Below the pieces are notes generated by a model, which worked only from the letters and a program-made list of their open reading frames with translations, was not told the DNA's origin and did not search any database. This document shows positions 38,324-51,463 of a stretch of 64,000 nt of DNA, in pieces (positions within the stretch are counted from its first letter, which is position 1; each line of letters opens with the position of its first letter). Location of the stretch: contig CM059425.1 of the NCBI GenBank assembly GCA_030390025.1, positions 170,316,001-170,380,000 of the forward strand, given 5' to 3'. Made by a program: the position numbers and the translations under genes. Source of the stretch: Squalus acanthias (lineage: Eukaryota).

Positions 38324-41300
38324 GGGGGACGTTTAACTTCTAAGGACGGGCGGGTTGGGGCAGGTGGGAAGGTAAAAATTGTAAAATTCTCAAGATCAAC
38401 CTCAATCCATCTCCAACGCACCCACTTCTGGGTTTAACGGAACTGCATTTGGCTGCGTGCGAGTAACCTGTTTGTCGGAGGTGCGTTCCTCATTAGCACA
38501 GGCTCATTATCACAAGGGGGTCGATCATTATCACAGGGGGGGTCAATCATTATCATAGGGTGGTCGATCATTATCACAGGGGGGGTCAATCATTATCACA
38601 GTGGGGGTCGATCATTATCACGGGGGGGTCGATCATTATCACAGTGGGGGTCGATCATTATCATAGGGGGGGTCGATCATTATCACAGGGGGGGTCGATC
38701 ATTATCACGGGGGGTCGATCATTATCACAGTGGGGGTCGATCATTATCACGGGGGGGTCGATCATTATCACAGGGGGTGTCGATCATTATCACAGTGGGG
38801 GTCGATCATTATCACAGGGGGGGTCAATCATTATCATAGGGTGGTCGATCATTATCACGGGGGGGTCAATCATTATCACAGTGGGGGTCGATCATTATCA
38901 CGGGGGGGTCGATCATTATCACAGTGGGGGTCGATCATTATCATAGGGGGGGTCGATCATTATCACGGGGGGTCGATCATTATCACAGTGGGGGTCGATC
39001 ATTATCACGGGGGGGTCGATCATTATCACAGGGGGTGTCGATCATTATCACAGTGGGGGTCGATCATTATCACGGGGGGGTCGATCATTATCACAGTGGG
39101 GGTCGATCATTATCACGGGGGGGTCGATCATTATCACAGTGGGGGTCGATCATTATCATGGGGGGGTCGATCATTATCACAGGGGGTCGATCATTATCAA
39201 AGGGGGGTCGATCATTATCACAGTGGGGGTCAATCATTATCACAGGGGGTCGATCATTATCACAGTGGGGGTCGATCATTATCACAGGGGTCGATCCTTA
39301 TCACGGGGGGGTCGATCATTATCACAGGGGGATCGATCATTATCACAGGGGGGGTCGATCATTATCACAGGGGTGTCGATCATTATCACAGGGGGGTCGA
39401 TCATTATCACAGGGGGGTCAATCATTATCATAGGGTGGTCGATCATTATCACGGGGGGGTCGATCATTATGACAGGGGGTCGATCATTATCACAGGAGGG
39501 TCGATCATTATCACAGGGGGGGTCGATCATTATGACAGGGGGTCGATCATTATCACAGGAGGGTCGATCATTATCACAGGGGGGTCAATCATTATCACAG
39601 GGGGGTCGATCATTATGACAGGGGGTCGATCATTATCACAGGGGTCGATCATTATCACGGGGGGGTCGATCATTATCACAGGAGGGTCGATCATTATCAC
39701 GGGGGGGTCGATCATTATGACAGGGGGTCGATCATTATCACAGGAGGGTCGATCATTATCACGGGGGGGTCGATCATTATCACAGGGGGGTCAATCATTA
39801 TCACAGGGGGGTCGATCATTATGACAGGGGGTCGATCCTTATCACAGGGGGGTCGATCATTATCACAGGGGTCGATCATTATCACAGGGGTCGATCATTA
39901 TCACGGGGGGGTCGATCATTATCACAGGAGGGTCGATCATTATCACGGGGGGGGTCGATCATTATCACAGGGGTCGATCATTATCACGGGGGGGTCGATC
40001 ATTATCACAGGGGGGGGTCGATCATTACCATGGGGGGGGTCGATCATTATCACAGGGGTCGATCATTATCACGGGGGGGTCGATCATTATCAAAGGGGTC
40101 GATCATTATCACAGGGGGGTCGACCATTATCACGGGGCGGGTCAACCATTATCACAGGGGGGGGTCGATCATTTTCATCGGGGGGTCGATCATTATCACA
40201 GGGGTCGATTATCATCACAGGGGGGGTCGATCATTATCACAGGGGGGTCAATCATTATCACAGGGGGTCGATCATTATCACGGGGGGGTCGATCATTACC
40301 ATGGGGGGGTCGATCATTATCACGGGGGGGGTCGATTATTATCATGGGGGGGTCGATCATTATCACAGGCGTCGATCATTATCACAGGGGGGGGTCGATC
40401 ATTATCACAGGAGGGTCGATCATTATCACAGGGGGGGTCGATCATTATCACAGGGGGGGGTCGATCATTATCACGGGGGGGGTCGATCATTATCACGGGG
40501 GGGTCGATCATTATCACAGGGGGGGTCGATCATTATCACGGGGGGTCGATCATTATCACAGGGGGGGTCGATCATTATCACAGGGGGGGTCGATCATTAT
40601 CACGGGGGGTCGATCATTATCACAGTGGGGGTCGATCATTATCACGGGGGGGTCGATCATTATCACAGGGGGTGTCGATCATTATCACAGTGGGGGTCGA
40701 TCATTATCACGGGGGGGTCGATCATTATCACAGTGGGGGTCGATCATTATCACGGGGGGGTCGATCATTATCACAGTGGGGGTCGATCATTATCATGGGG
40801 GGGTCGATCATTATCACAGGGGGTCGATCATTATCAAAGGGGGGTCGATCATTATCACAGTGGGGGTCAATCATTATCACAGGGGGTCGATCATTATCAC
40901 AGTGGGGGTCGATCATTATCACAGGGGTCGATCCTTATCACGGGGGGGTCGATCATTATCACAGGGGGATCGATCATTATCACAGGGGGGGTCGATCATT
41001 ATCACAGGGGTGTCGATCATTATCACAGGGGGGTCGATCATTATCACAGGGGGGTCAATCATTATCATAGGGGGGTCGATCATTATCACGGGGGGGTCGA
41101 TCATTATGACAGGGGGTCGATCATTATCACAGGAGGGTCGATCATTATCACAGGGGGGGTCGATCATTATGACAGGGGGTCGATCATTATCACAGGGGTC
41201 GATCATTATCACGGGGGGGTCGATCATTATCACAGGAGGGTCGATCATTATCACGGGGGGGTCGATCATTATGACAGGGGGTCGATCATTATCACAGGAG

Positions 41301-44300
41301 GGTCGATCATTATCACGGGGGGGTCGATCATTATCACAGGGGGGTCAATCATTATCACAGGGGGGTCGATCATTATGACAGGGGGTCGATCCTTATCACA
41401 GGGGGGTCGATCATTATCACAGGGGTCGATCATTATCACAGGGGTCGATCATTATCACGGGGGGGTCGATCATTATCACAGGAGGGTCGATCATTATCAC
41501 GGGGGGGGTCGATCATTATCACAGGGGTCGATCATTATCACGGGGGGGTCGATCATTATCACAGGGGGGGGTCGATCATTACCATGGGGGGGGTCGATCA
41601 TTATCACAGGGGTCGATCATTATCACGGGGGGGTCGATCATTATCAAAGGGGTCGATCATTATCACAGGGGTTGATCATTATCACAGGGGGGTCGACCAT
41701 TATCACGGGGCGGGTCAACCATTATCACAGGGGGGGGTCGATCATTTTCATCGGGGGGTCGATCATTATCACAGGGGTCGATTATCATCACAGGGGGGGT
41801 CGATCATTATCACAGGGGGGTCAATCATTATCACAGGGGGTCGATCATTATCACAGGGGGGGTCGATCATTACCATGGGGGGGTCGATCATTATCACGGG
41901 GGGGGTCGATTATTATCACGGGGGGGTCGATCATTATCACAGGCGTCGATCATTATCACAGGGGGGGGTCGATCATTATCACAGGAGGGTCGATCATTAT
42001 CACAGGGGGGGTCGATCATTATCACAGGGGGGGGTCGATCATTATCACGGGGGGGGTCGATCATTATCACGGGGGGGTCGATCATTATCACAGGGGGGGT
42101 CGATCATTATCACGGGGGGTCGATCATTATCACAGGGGGGGTCGATCATTATCACAGGGGGGGTCGATCATTATCACGGGGGGTCGATCATTATCACAGT
42201 GGGGGTCGATCATTATCACGGGGGGGTCGATCATTATCACAGGGGGTGTCGATCATTATCACAGTGGGGGTCGATCATTATCACGGGGGGGTCGATCATT
42301 ATCACAGTGGGGGTCGATCATTATCACGGGGGGGTCGATCATTATCACAGTGGGGGTCGATCATTATCATGGGGGGGTCGATCATTATCACAGGGGGTCG
42401 ATCATTATCAAAGGGGGGTCGATCATTATCACAGTGGGGGTCAATCATTATCACAGGGGGTCGATCATTATCACAGTGGGGGTCGATCATTATCACAGGG
42501 GTCGATCCTTATCACGGGGGGGTCGATCATTATCACAGGGGGATCGATCATTATCACAGGGGGGGTCGATCATTATCACAGGGGTGTCGATCATTATCAC
42601 AGGGGGGTCGATCATTATCACAGGGGGGTCAATCATTATCATAGGGGGGTCGATCATTATCACGGGGGGGTCGATCATTATGACAGGGGGTCGATCATTA
42701 TCACAGGAGGGTCGATCATTATCACAGGGGGGGTCGATCATTATCACAGGGGGTCGATCATTATCACAGGAGGGTCGATCATTATCACAGGGGGGTCGAT
42801 CATTATGACAGGGGGTCGATCATTATCACAGGGGTCGATCATTATCACGGGGGGGTCGATCATTATCACAGGAGGGTCGATCATTATCACGGGGGGGTCG
42901 ATCATTATGACAGGGGGTCGATCATTATCACAGGAGGGTCGATCATTATCACGGAGGGGTCGATCATTATCACAGGGGGGTCAATCATTATCACAGGGGG
43001 GTCGATCATTATGACAGGGGGTCGATCCTTATCACAGGGGGGTCGATCATTATCACAGGGGTCGATCATTATCACAGGGGTCGATCATTATCACGGGGGG
43101 GTCGATCATTATCACAGGAGGGTCGATCATTATCACGGGGGGGGTCGATCATTATCACAGGGGTCGATCATTATCACGGGGGGGTCGATCATTATCACAG
43201 GGGGGGGTCGATCATTACTATGGGGGGGTCGATCATTATCACAGGGGTCGATCATTATCACGGGGGGGTCGATCATTATCAAAGGGGTCGATCATTATCA
43301 CAGGGGTTGATCATTATCACAGGGGGGTCGACCATTATCACGGGGCGGGTCAACCATTATCACAGGGGGGGGTCGATCATTTTCATCGGAGGGTCGATCA
43401 TTATCACAGGGGTCGATTATCATCACAGGGGGGGTCGATCATTATCACAGGGGGGTCAATCATTATCACAGGGGGTCAATCATTATCACAGGGGGGGTCG
43501 ATCATTACCATGGGGGGGTCGATCATTATCACGGGGGGGGTCGATTATTATCACGGGGGGGGTCGATCATTATCACAGGGGGGGTCGATCATTATCACAG
43601 GGGGGTCGATCATTATCACAGGCGTCGATCATTATCACAGGGGGGGTCGATCATTATCACAGGAGGGTCGATCATTATCACAGGGGGGGTCGATCATTAT
43701 CACAGGGGGGGGTCGATCATTATCACGGGGGGGGTCGATCATTATCACGGGGGGGTCGATCATTATCACAGGGGGGGTCGATCATTATCACGGGGGGGTC
43801 GATCATTATCACAGGGGGGGTCGATCATTATCACAGGGGGGGTCGATCATTATCACGGGGGGGGTCGATCATTATCACGGGGGGGTCGATCATTATCACG
43901 GGGGGGTCGATCATTATCACAGGGGGGGTCGATCATTATCACAGGGGGGGTCGATCATTATCACAGGGGGGGTCGATCATTATCACGGGGGGGGTCGATC
44001 ATTATCACAGGGGGTCGATCATTATCACAGGGGGTCGATCATTATCACGGGGGGAGTCGATCATTTTCACAGTGGGGTCAATCATAATCATGGGGGGTCG
44101 ATGATTATCACAGGGGGCGTCGATCATTATCACGGGGGGGTCGATCATTATGACAGGGGGGGCGATCATTATGACAGGGGGGTCGATCATTATCACATGG
44201 GGGTCGATTATTATCGCAGGGGTAGATTATCTCAATCCTGCTCCTGATGGCACCCGGCTGTAAGTCAAGGGAAGCATCATTAAATCTGGGTGCTTCCATT

Positions 44301-44589
44301 GCTCATCCTGTATCCATATTAAATACCTCCTAGCTCCTCCAAATTCCATTTTTGCTTTGACCCATTAAATATTCAGCTTGGGACTGCGCCTTGCGGATGC
44401 GCATCACGCCTGTTGCGCAGCTTGGAGTACAAAACTCGGGAGGAAAAAATGTAATGAGGCAATCAACTTGAAATCAGAGAATCCGACCCTCTAAATTTTC
44501 TTCCAGGTTTCGCACACGCAATCCCCCCACCGCCTCTGCCCCCCAGCTCGGAACGCACCTTTGCGCTAATATCGTAGCTGGAAAGGCCC
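38324..44589. mobile_element. Probable Harbinger-derived shell enclosing the satellite
   Basis: GGGCGGG-rich left arm; Myb N-terminal remnant MEAPRFNDASL on - at 44299; AAG on both outer sides; TIR match is weak. Confidence 0.5.
38504..44231 (+). repeat. Satellite array, ~20-24-bp unit TCGATCATTATCAC(A)G4-8, roughly 260 copies, with ~1.6-kb higher-order repeats
   Basis: Directly visible; rare variant units recur at 1.57-1.68 kb spacing. Confidence 0.97.
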
Positions 44590-45519
44590 AAGAATTTTCA
44601 AGGTAGCAACTTTCAAGCAAGGGTCAGTTTCCACATAGAATCATAGAATAATACAGCACAGAAGGAGGCCTTCAGCATATCATGCCTTTGAAAGAGCTAT
44701 ACAATTAGTCCTACTCCCCTTTCCCGTTTGGAGAAAGCCGTACAGAGTAGAGGAAAAGCTGATCATGAACTTGGAGTAATGATTTATAAGTTTTTATATC
44801 TGATCAAAACATGATACTGAAGCCCTCAAAAGCTTCTGAGGGTGCTTGTGTGAATTATTAGAAATACTGTGATGTACAAATATTGCAAGTGCAAGCTACT
44901 TAGAGGACAGATTTGTAGTGTATCGGCTCAGAACTGTACAATAATCAATAACAACCCATTAACCTGAGTAAGTTCTGATGCATTTTATAAAAGAATGAAA
45001 CACATGGAGTAGGCTACATTTCGATTTGTGTCTGATACCATTAAAACCTTATAATAAAAAATAAAAAAGGCAGTTGACCTTTTAAATTATGCACTTTTAT
45101 GACCTTTTAAATAATACATTTAATTATGCATTATTCATCAAACTAATTCTAGATAGTTTCCTTTAACGGTTTCTTACCATAAATAAAGGTCATTATTGTG
45201 ACTGAATTTCAAATGAAAAGAATTTCTTTTGTATTCTATTTGTTCTACTATCTGATTGAAAGTATATACTATCTTAGTCACCTCATTTTTGAGGTGCATT
45301 ATTAGCAACACTTTTAAAATACAGTTAAGTGACTCATGACTTACTGCAAATTTCTAATACCTATACTATGGGAAGTGACCTTTTAAGAAGTCCAGTTTCA
45401 AGTCTTTCTCATAAGTGAAATTTAATCAGGTTAAGCTGCACATTTATTATATTAAAAATTTGAAACCTCATATTTTTTTGGCAACTTAAATCAGATAAAA
45501 CCTTATCTATGGATCACTT

Positions 45520-45740
45520 GCAACAACAACAACAACTTGTATTTATATAGCGCCTTTAACGTAGTAAAACATCCCAAAGCGCTTCACAGGAGCATTATCA
45601 AATAAAATTTGAAACCGAACCACATAAGGAGATATTAGACCAGGTGACCAAAAGCTTGGTCAAAAAGGTAGGTTTTAAGATGCATCTTAAAGGAGAGAGA
45701 GGTAAAGAGGCAGAGAGGTTTAGGGAGGGAAATCCAGAGC
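45520..45740 (-). mobile_element. L2-type LINE 3' tail
   Basis: (CAA)n followed by the reverse-complement L2 tail. Confidence 0.8.
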
Positions 45741-46220
45741 TACAGCAGGAGTCCAGGAGAAGCCCTGTGGACATTCAAGGCCATTATTCTTAAATGCATA
45801 GGTCCAGTCCTGTTTGCATCTGATTGAACAGACAGGTAGTAAATATTTTATCCATTTAAATGGGGCTTAATATGTTGGCCCTGAGTTTCTGTGGGGGTCG
45901 TCTCAATCTCCCGCTGTAACTTTATCAAGAGATCAGCAGAACCCTCCCCAAGAAACATTGTAAACGACATTATTCTTGAATGCATAGGGTCAGTCTTGTT
46001 TGCATCTGACTGAACAGACAGGATTGCTACTGTCGTAACTCCACATGAACGCAACATAAAATTAGATTTTGTCCCACATAGCAATTTTCAAATATACTAC
46101 CTGGGAAGTATTAGTTTGGAACTTACCACTCACCAGAAGAATTTCTATAAGCTGGAGTACTGTGTACAGTTTTGGGGGCCCCATCATAGAAAGGACATTA
46201 AAGTACAGCTTAGATTCATT

Positions 46221-47806
46221 GGGCTAGAAATTCATTATAGCCATTAAAGGCAGTGTTTAGATTAAAAATGGTTAAGTAGTGCCAGTTGAAAATCATCTAG
46301 GCTGCACGCAAAATTCATCCTCATTCCTCATTAAAATGATTGCAGTCATGATTCTCGTCTAAAAACCCAAACTCATTGGTGTTACACTTAAAGGCTGGAC
46401 CAATATCGGGGGCAGTCTAATCGCAGGTCATGATTGCCACAGGTTTTTTTCACTACTTAAAGGGGAGGTTCATTGATGCTGCAGCACCTCATTCTCAGCA
46501 TTGTTGGGTGTGCAGCTGCCTCAAAAACCATAAGAAAAAGGGCAAGGAGAAGGAGCACTTAATTACAAATCCTGATGGCAGATTGCTGCCCCAGGGAGAG
46601 AGCCCGGAGGTTTTCCGATGAAGCTTTGGAGGCATTGGTTTTAGCAGTGGAGAGAAGGCGGGCGGTCCTGTACCCACCAACTGGCAGGAGGCCGTCACCA
46701 CAAGTCTGCCGGACTATGTGGAGGGAGGTGGCACACCACGTCACGGGCAGCACTGTGCTCCCCAGGACCCATACACAGTGCAGGAAGAAGTTTAACGAAC
46801 TCACACGGGTGGTCAGGGTAAGTGAAGGCTTCAACAAATGCTACATACCACCAGCTGTATCACAAGCTTCACACACTGCCCAATGCACCACACCCCCAGC
46901 ACTCACCTACTAACAATCTATACCTAGCAACACACACACCCACATCTCACACCTTGCACACAATGACAGCTACTCAACTATGGCAGGCACAAGATCATTA
47001 GTTATTATAATTTTTGTGATATGTGTGATATGTTTATAGATAAATTTATTAATTGTGTTTGGAATATTTTGTGGTCTCTCTCATTTCACCTTTGTGCCTA
47101 GGAGGATGCTATGATATGGCATGAGGCAGGGATTGTATGATGGGGATGTGGTGAGCTACTGGGATCTGGGATTTCATTCATGCGAGTTGGAGTCTGATGA
47201 GCCAGTCAAAGACAGCCCGTCCGGAAGGCCGATTGTCTCGCTGCCTCCACTCCCTCAGCTATAGATCCTGGAGGGAGAGGTCCACTGCCAGTACAGCCCC
47301 CATGACTTTTAGCAAGTGTTGTGGGTTGAAGATTTTCAGAAATAATTATGGAGTTTTGTACTTGCCACAACTCTCCCTGATACCAAAGAACCTTGGAATG
47401 AATAAAGAAAACTCTTCCAGTAGCAGGAAGTAGCACACAGCCACTCAAAACTTCAAAAACCTGTCAGGTCCGAGTGATTGGTGATGCTCCCTTTAAATAG
47501 CGTCCCTGGAGCCGGCTTCCTGCTGCTGCCGCCACCTGAAGCTGTCATTGTTTTCTCCAGCCGGTAAGTTAATTGGCTGCAACGAAGTTGGGAGGTCCGG
47601 CGTCAAGTGAGCATTGCACACTCACTGACATCACGATCTCCATGATGGCGAGGTCCCCAGCGATCGCGTTCAGTGGCAGCGCTACCGGCAATCGATATGG
47701 CGTGCGGTGCTGGAACTGGCATCAGGTGGCGTTAAACCTCTCAACGGCATTTTAGCGCCATCTCGTGGTGGTAACGTGTGCTGCAAAGCACACAAATTTC
47801 TCCCCC
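46221..47806. mobile_element. Deleted Harbinger transposon with intact Myb-like exon 1 (46575-46818)
   Basis: Ends gggctagaaatt / aaatttctccccc; MADCCPRERARRFSDEAL...WREVA...QCRKKFNELTRVVR then GTAAGT donor; flanks ATT and ATA differ. Confidence 0.75.
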
Positions 47807-48588
47807 ATAGAATCCTAGAATGATACAGCACAGAAGGAGGCCAATCAGCCCACCGTGCCTGTGCCGGCTCTTTGGTAGAACTATCCAATTAGTCCCACTC
47901 CCCTGCTCGTTCCCCATAGCCCTGTAATTTATTTCCCTTCAAGTATTTATCCAATACTCTTTTGAATGTTACTATTGAATCTGCTTCCACCACCCTTTCA
48001 GGCAGTGCATTCTTGCTGTGTAAAAAGGCGTTTCCTCATGTCGCCTCTGGTTCTTTTGACGATCATCTTAAATCTATGTCTTCTGGTTACTGACCCCTCT
48101 GTCAATGGAAACAGTTTCTCCTTATTCTGAACACCTCTATCAAATCTCCTCTTAACCTCTGCTCGAAGGAGAACAACCCCAGCTTCTCCAGTCTCTCCAC
48201 ATAACTGAAGTCCCTCATCCCTCGTACCATTCTAATAAATCTCTTCTGCACCCTCTCCAAGGCCTTGACATGCTTCCTAAAGTGTGGTGCCCAGTATTGA
48301 ACACAGTGACGCAGCTGCAGCCTAACCGGTATTCTATAAAGGTTTAGCATAACTTCCTTGCTTTTGTACTCTATTCCTCTATTAATAAAGCCAAGGATCC
48401 CATGTGCTTTTTTGACAGCCTTCTCAACTTGTCCTGCCTCCTTCAAAGATTTGTCTACGTATACCCCCAGGTCTCTCTATTCCTGCACCCCCTTTAAAAC
48501 TGTACCATTTAGTTTATATTGCCTCTTCTCATTCTTCCTACCAAAATGTATCATTTCACACTTCTCTGCATTAAATTTCATCTGCTAT
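47807..48588 (-). mobile_element. CR1 LINE 3' fragment
   Basis: KAHGILGFINRGIEYKS...CVQYWAPHFRK; same subfamily as 10715-11515. Confidence 0.9.
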
Positions 48589-49395
48589 GGCTGCGATTTT
48601 ATCAATGGAGGCGGGTTGGGTGCGGGTCAGGTGGTTTCCGGCTTCCAGTCCCGCCCCCAGCTGCATCCGGCCCACAGATGTGATTTTACGCTCATTGACC
48701 TTGTTAAGCCCACCCTGTGGGCTTGCCAGCCAATTAAGAGGAAGCCGGTCAAATGACGTCGTTTGATGATGCGTCATCTGCCGGTTTTCTTAAAGGGACC
48801 ACGCACAATTTTTTTTTGACAGTTGATTTCTCAGTGTTTGACAGCATTGAGGTGCTGCAAACACTGACAATCACTGTACAAAGGTGACCTTTTGCAACTA
48901 GGCTCTCCAATGACTCCCTCCATAGGCTGGAACTGATGGCAGCTGCAGGTGAGGTGACAGAAGTGATCTGTCACTGGTGAGAGAGGTTCTCCCAATGAGG
49001 TGGCACTGGACATGGATTTCAAAACTTGTAACCTAAAGAAATGTGTAAATGTATTAAAAATGCATTTCCCCAAATTTTCTTACCTCTGAGACTCACCAGT
49101 GCACCATTGGATCCTTCACACCACTTCTGCAGCTGTCATCAATCCAGAAACATTACAGCAGACTCACAACATGCCACACTTACCTGGCATGGTGTCCGGA
49201 CGACGGGAAATCTGAGGCAGAAGCGGCAAAATTCAAAAATAGCCTGTCAACTACTCTCAACTACCTGTTAACAGCCAGGTAATTGCCTTTAATCCTCTTC
49301 CCGCTACTAGGTTCGGGTCCATGCGCAAATCGGGGACCTGACATTCGGGAAAATTGTTTGGAGGCGGGTTGACGGCGGGATCGCAACCCTGAAGT
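48589..49395. mobile_element. Truncated non-autonomous Harbinger (same family as the nested copy at 24095-25778)
   Basis: Starts ggctgcgatttt; shares ccggttttcttaaagggacca...cagcattgaggtgctgcaaacactgac with 24188-24280. Confidence 0.7.
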
Positions 49396-49429
49396 CTGTT
49401 ACTATTCATTTTTTACTACATCACAAGGA

Positions 49430-50190
49430 TGATGCCAAGGATGGGAAACTATAGTTATGAGGAGAGACTTGAGATACTGGAACTATTTCACTGAAGCAGA
49501 GAAGACTGAGAGGAGATTTAATAGAGTTTTTATTAATTGGATTTTGAAAGGGTGAATAAGGCAAGACCATTTCCTCTTGTTGGGAAGTCTCTAATGAGGG
49601 GTCATCAATTTAATAATGTCACTAAAAGAGTGAGGAGAGAGGTTAAGAGATATTTCTTAACACAGAGAGTATATGTGCCAACCTAGCAAACTAGCAAGTA
49701 GTATTTTTTTAAACTTACCTTTTTGGTGGCGGCCTCCAGTGGTCCCTTTAAGGACCGCTGGTTCTGCTACGCGTAGACTTGATTATTCTGAATGCAGCCA
49801 GCGCAGCACCAGCAGAGTTCAGGGCAGACCAATTTCAGGAAGAGGGTCTCAAACAGGCATTAAGCCCCTTCGTTGCATATGCAAAGTGCCTTACGCCTGT
49901 TTCAGGTGCGGGCCCTGGACGCCTCTTTTTCTGCCTTCAACGTGGCCAGCGGCGCATTTGTGCTCACCATATTGGACGCTTAAGCGCTCATTTTATGCCT
50001 GTAAAACAGGCGTGGCATCAACTCATTTCAAGGCCCAAATTTTTAAGGGAAGAATACATAAGCATTTGAAGCAGAGGAAGATGCAAGGTTGTGGGGAGAG
50101 AGGAGGGCAGTGGGATTAGTTTTTGATTGTTCCATCAAAGACAGAGACATGATGGGCTAAATGGTCTCCTTCTGTACAGTAAACTTCTAT
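49430..50190 (+). mobile_element. Old CR1 3' end interrupted by a GC-rich MITE-like fragment (about 49675-50045)
   Basis: YEERL...RLRGDLI remnants and CR1-type 3' UTR. Confidence 0.6.
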
Positions 50191-51091
50191 GGTTCTTCAA
50201 TGGAATATGCCACCCAAAGTGTTATGTAGCTGAGTAAAAGTACTATTGTTTGGTGAATCTGTACTCATTTCAGAGGGCCATTTAATCTACTTATAGTGTA
50301 TCTTAATACATTTTAAGGGGTGTCTGACTCAAGCTATATTTTATTTCCCAAAGGCTGAACACAAGCTAGCATTAGACTTCAATAGACTAGTCCACATCAA
50401 TGTTTACTTCCCTACCACTGCATTAGGGGTGTGTTCCTCTGACTGAATCGAGCAGCTTCAGACAGACAATAAAGGCAGCCTGGGCTGAACATCTGCCAGA
50501 CTTTTAAGATTCATCCTGATTTTGAATCTGCATAAAGGTCTACAATTTCAATTACATGCACAAGAGCATCCCTCCGCCACTCCAACAACTATTGGCACTG
50601 TTGAAACAATAAACTGCTTTACTTCATTAATATTTTGAGTACATTGCCTATGAAAAGCATAGATTGATTCAATAATCAAACCTTTCAAAAATATAATTTA
50701 AGCAACTGTACACTCATCATGTATTCAACATTGAAACCTATTCAGGGAGGTCGTTTTCACAAACCAGTTTAAACTTGTGTGTATGGTAAAATCAATTAAG
50801 ATTAGCTGAAAAACACACAGAAATGAGTGAATCTAACAAAAGAAAATGCATTTGAAATAAGCCAATTTAATTTTATTTTTACACGCTGATGATATGCAAT
50901 TTTTCATTGTCATGAAGGCATTCATGAAGAGGACAAGAAGACAGATGAGAAGTAAATACTCAGCCTATCACCTACAGGCACTCCAAGTCCTCATTACCTC
51001 TCAGTTGTTGTCAGGCATCTGACTGTTCAAAATGTGAACCTTGGTTCCTGCCTTGACATTGTGTTGATAACATAAACTGATAAATAATTAC

Positions 51092-51463
51092 CTCCTGCTC
51101 CCACCACCCTCCGCCCGCCCCCGCTCCCCCCCACCACCCTCCGCCCCCCACCACCCACCCCCACCACTCTCCGCCCGCCCCCCCACCCTCTGCCCGCCCG
51201 CCGCCCCCCCACCACCCTCCGCCCGCCCCCCCACCACCCTCCGCCCGCCCCCGCACCCCCCCCACCACCCTCCGCCCGCCGCCCCCCCACCACCCTCCGC
51301 CCGCCCCCCCACTACCCCCCGCCCGCCGCCCCACTACCCCCCGCCCGCCGCCCCCTCCACCACCCTCCGCCCGCCCCCCCACCACTCTCCGCCCGCCCCC
51401 GCCGCCCCCTCCGCCCGCCCCCGCCGCCCCCCCCACTCTCCGCCCGCCTCCGCCCCCGCCCCC
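51092..51463. repeat. C-rich minisatellite, ~20-bp unit CCACCACCCTCCGCCCGCCCC
   Basis: Directly visible imperfect tandem array. Confidence 0.9.

Noticed and set aside
38504..44231. CRISPR-like repeat-spacer array
   Set aside because: The variable parts are only G-runs of 4-8 nt, not unique spacers; eukaryotic context and no cas genes.
38560..44247. Long ORFs up to 995 aa (SIIITGG / VDHYHRG / RSLSQGG repeats)
   Set aside because: Translations of the satellite; G-run length changes shuffle frames constantly and all three frames look alike.
51011..51436. Gly-rich ORFs
   Set aside because: Translations of the C-rich minisatellite.
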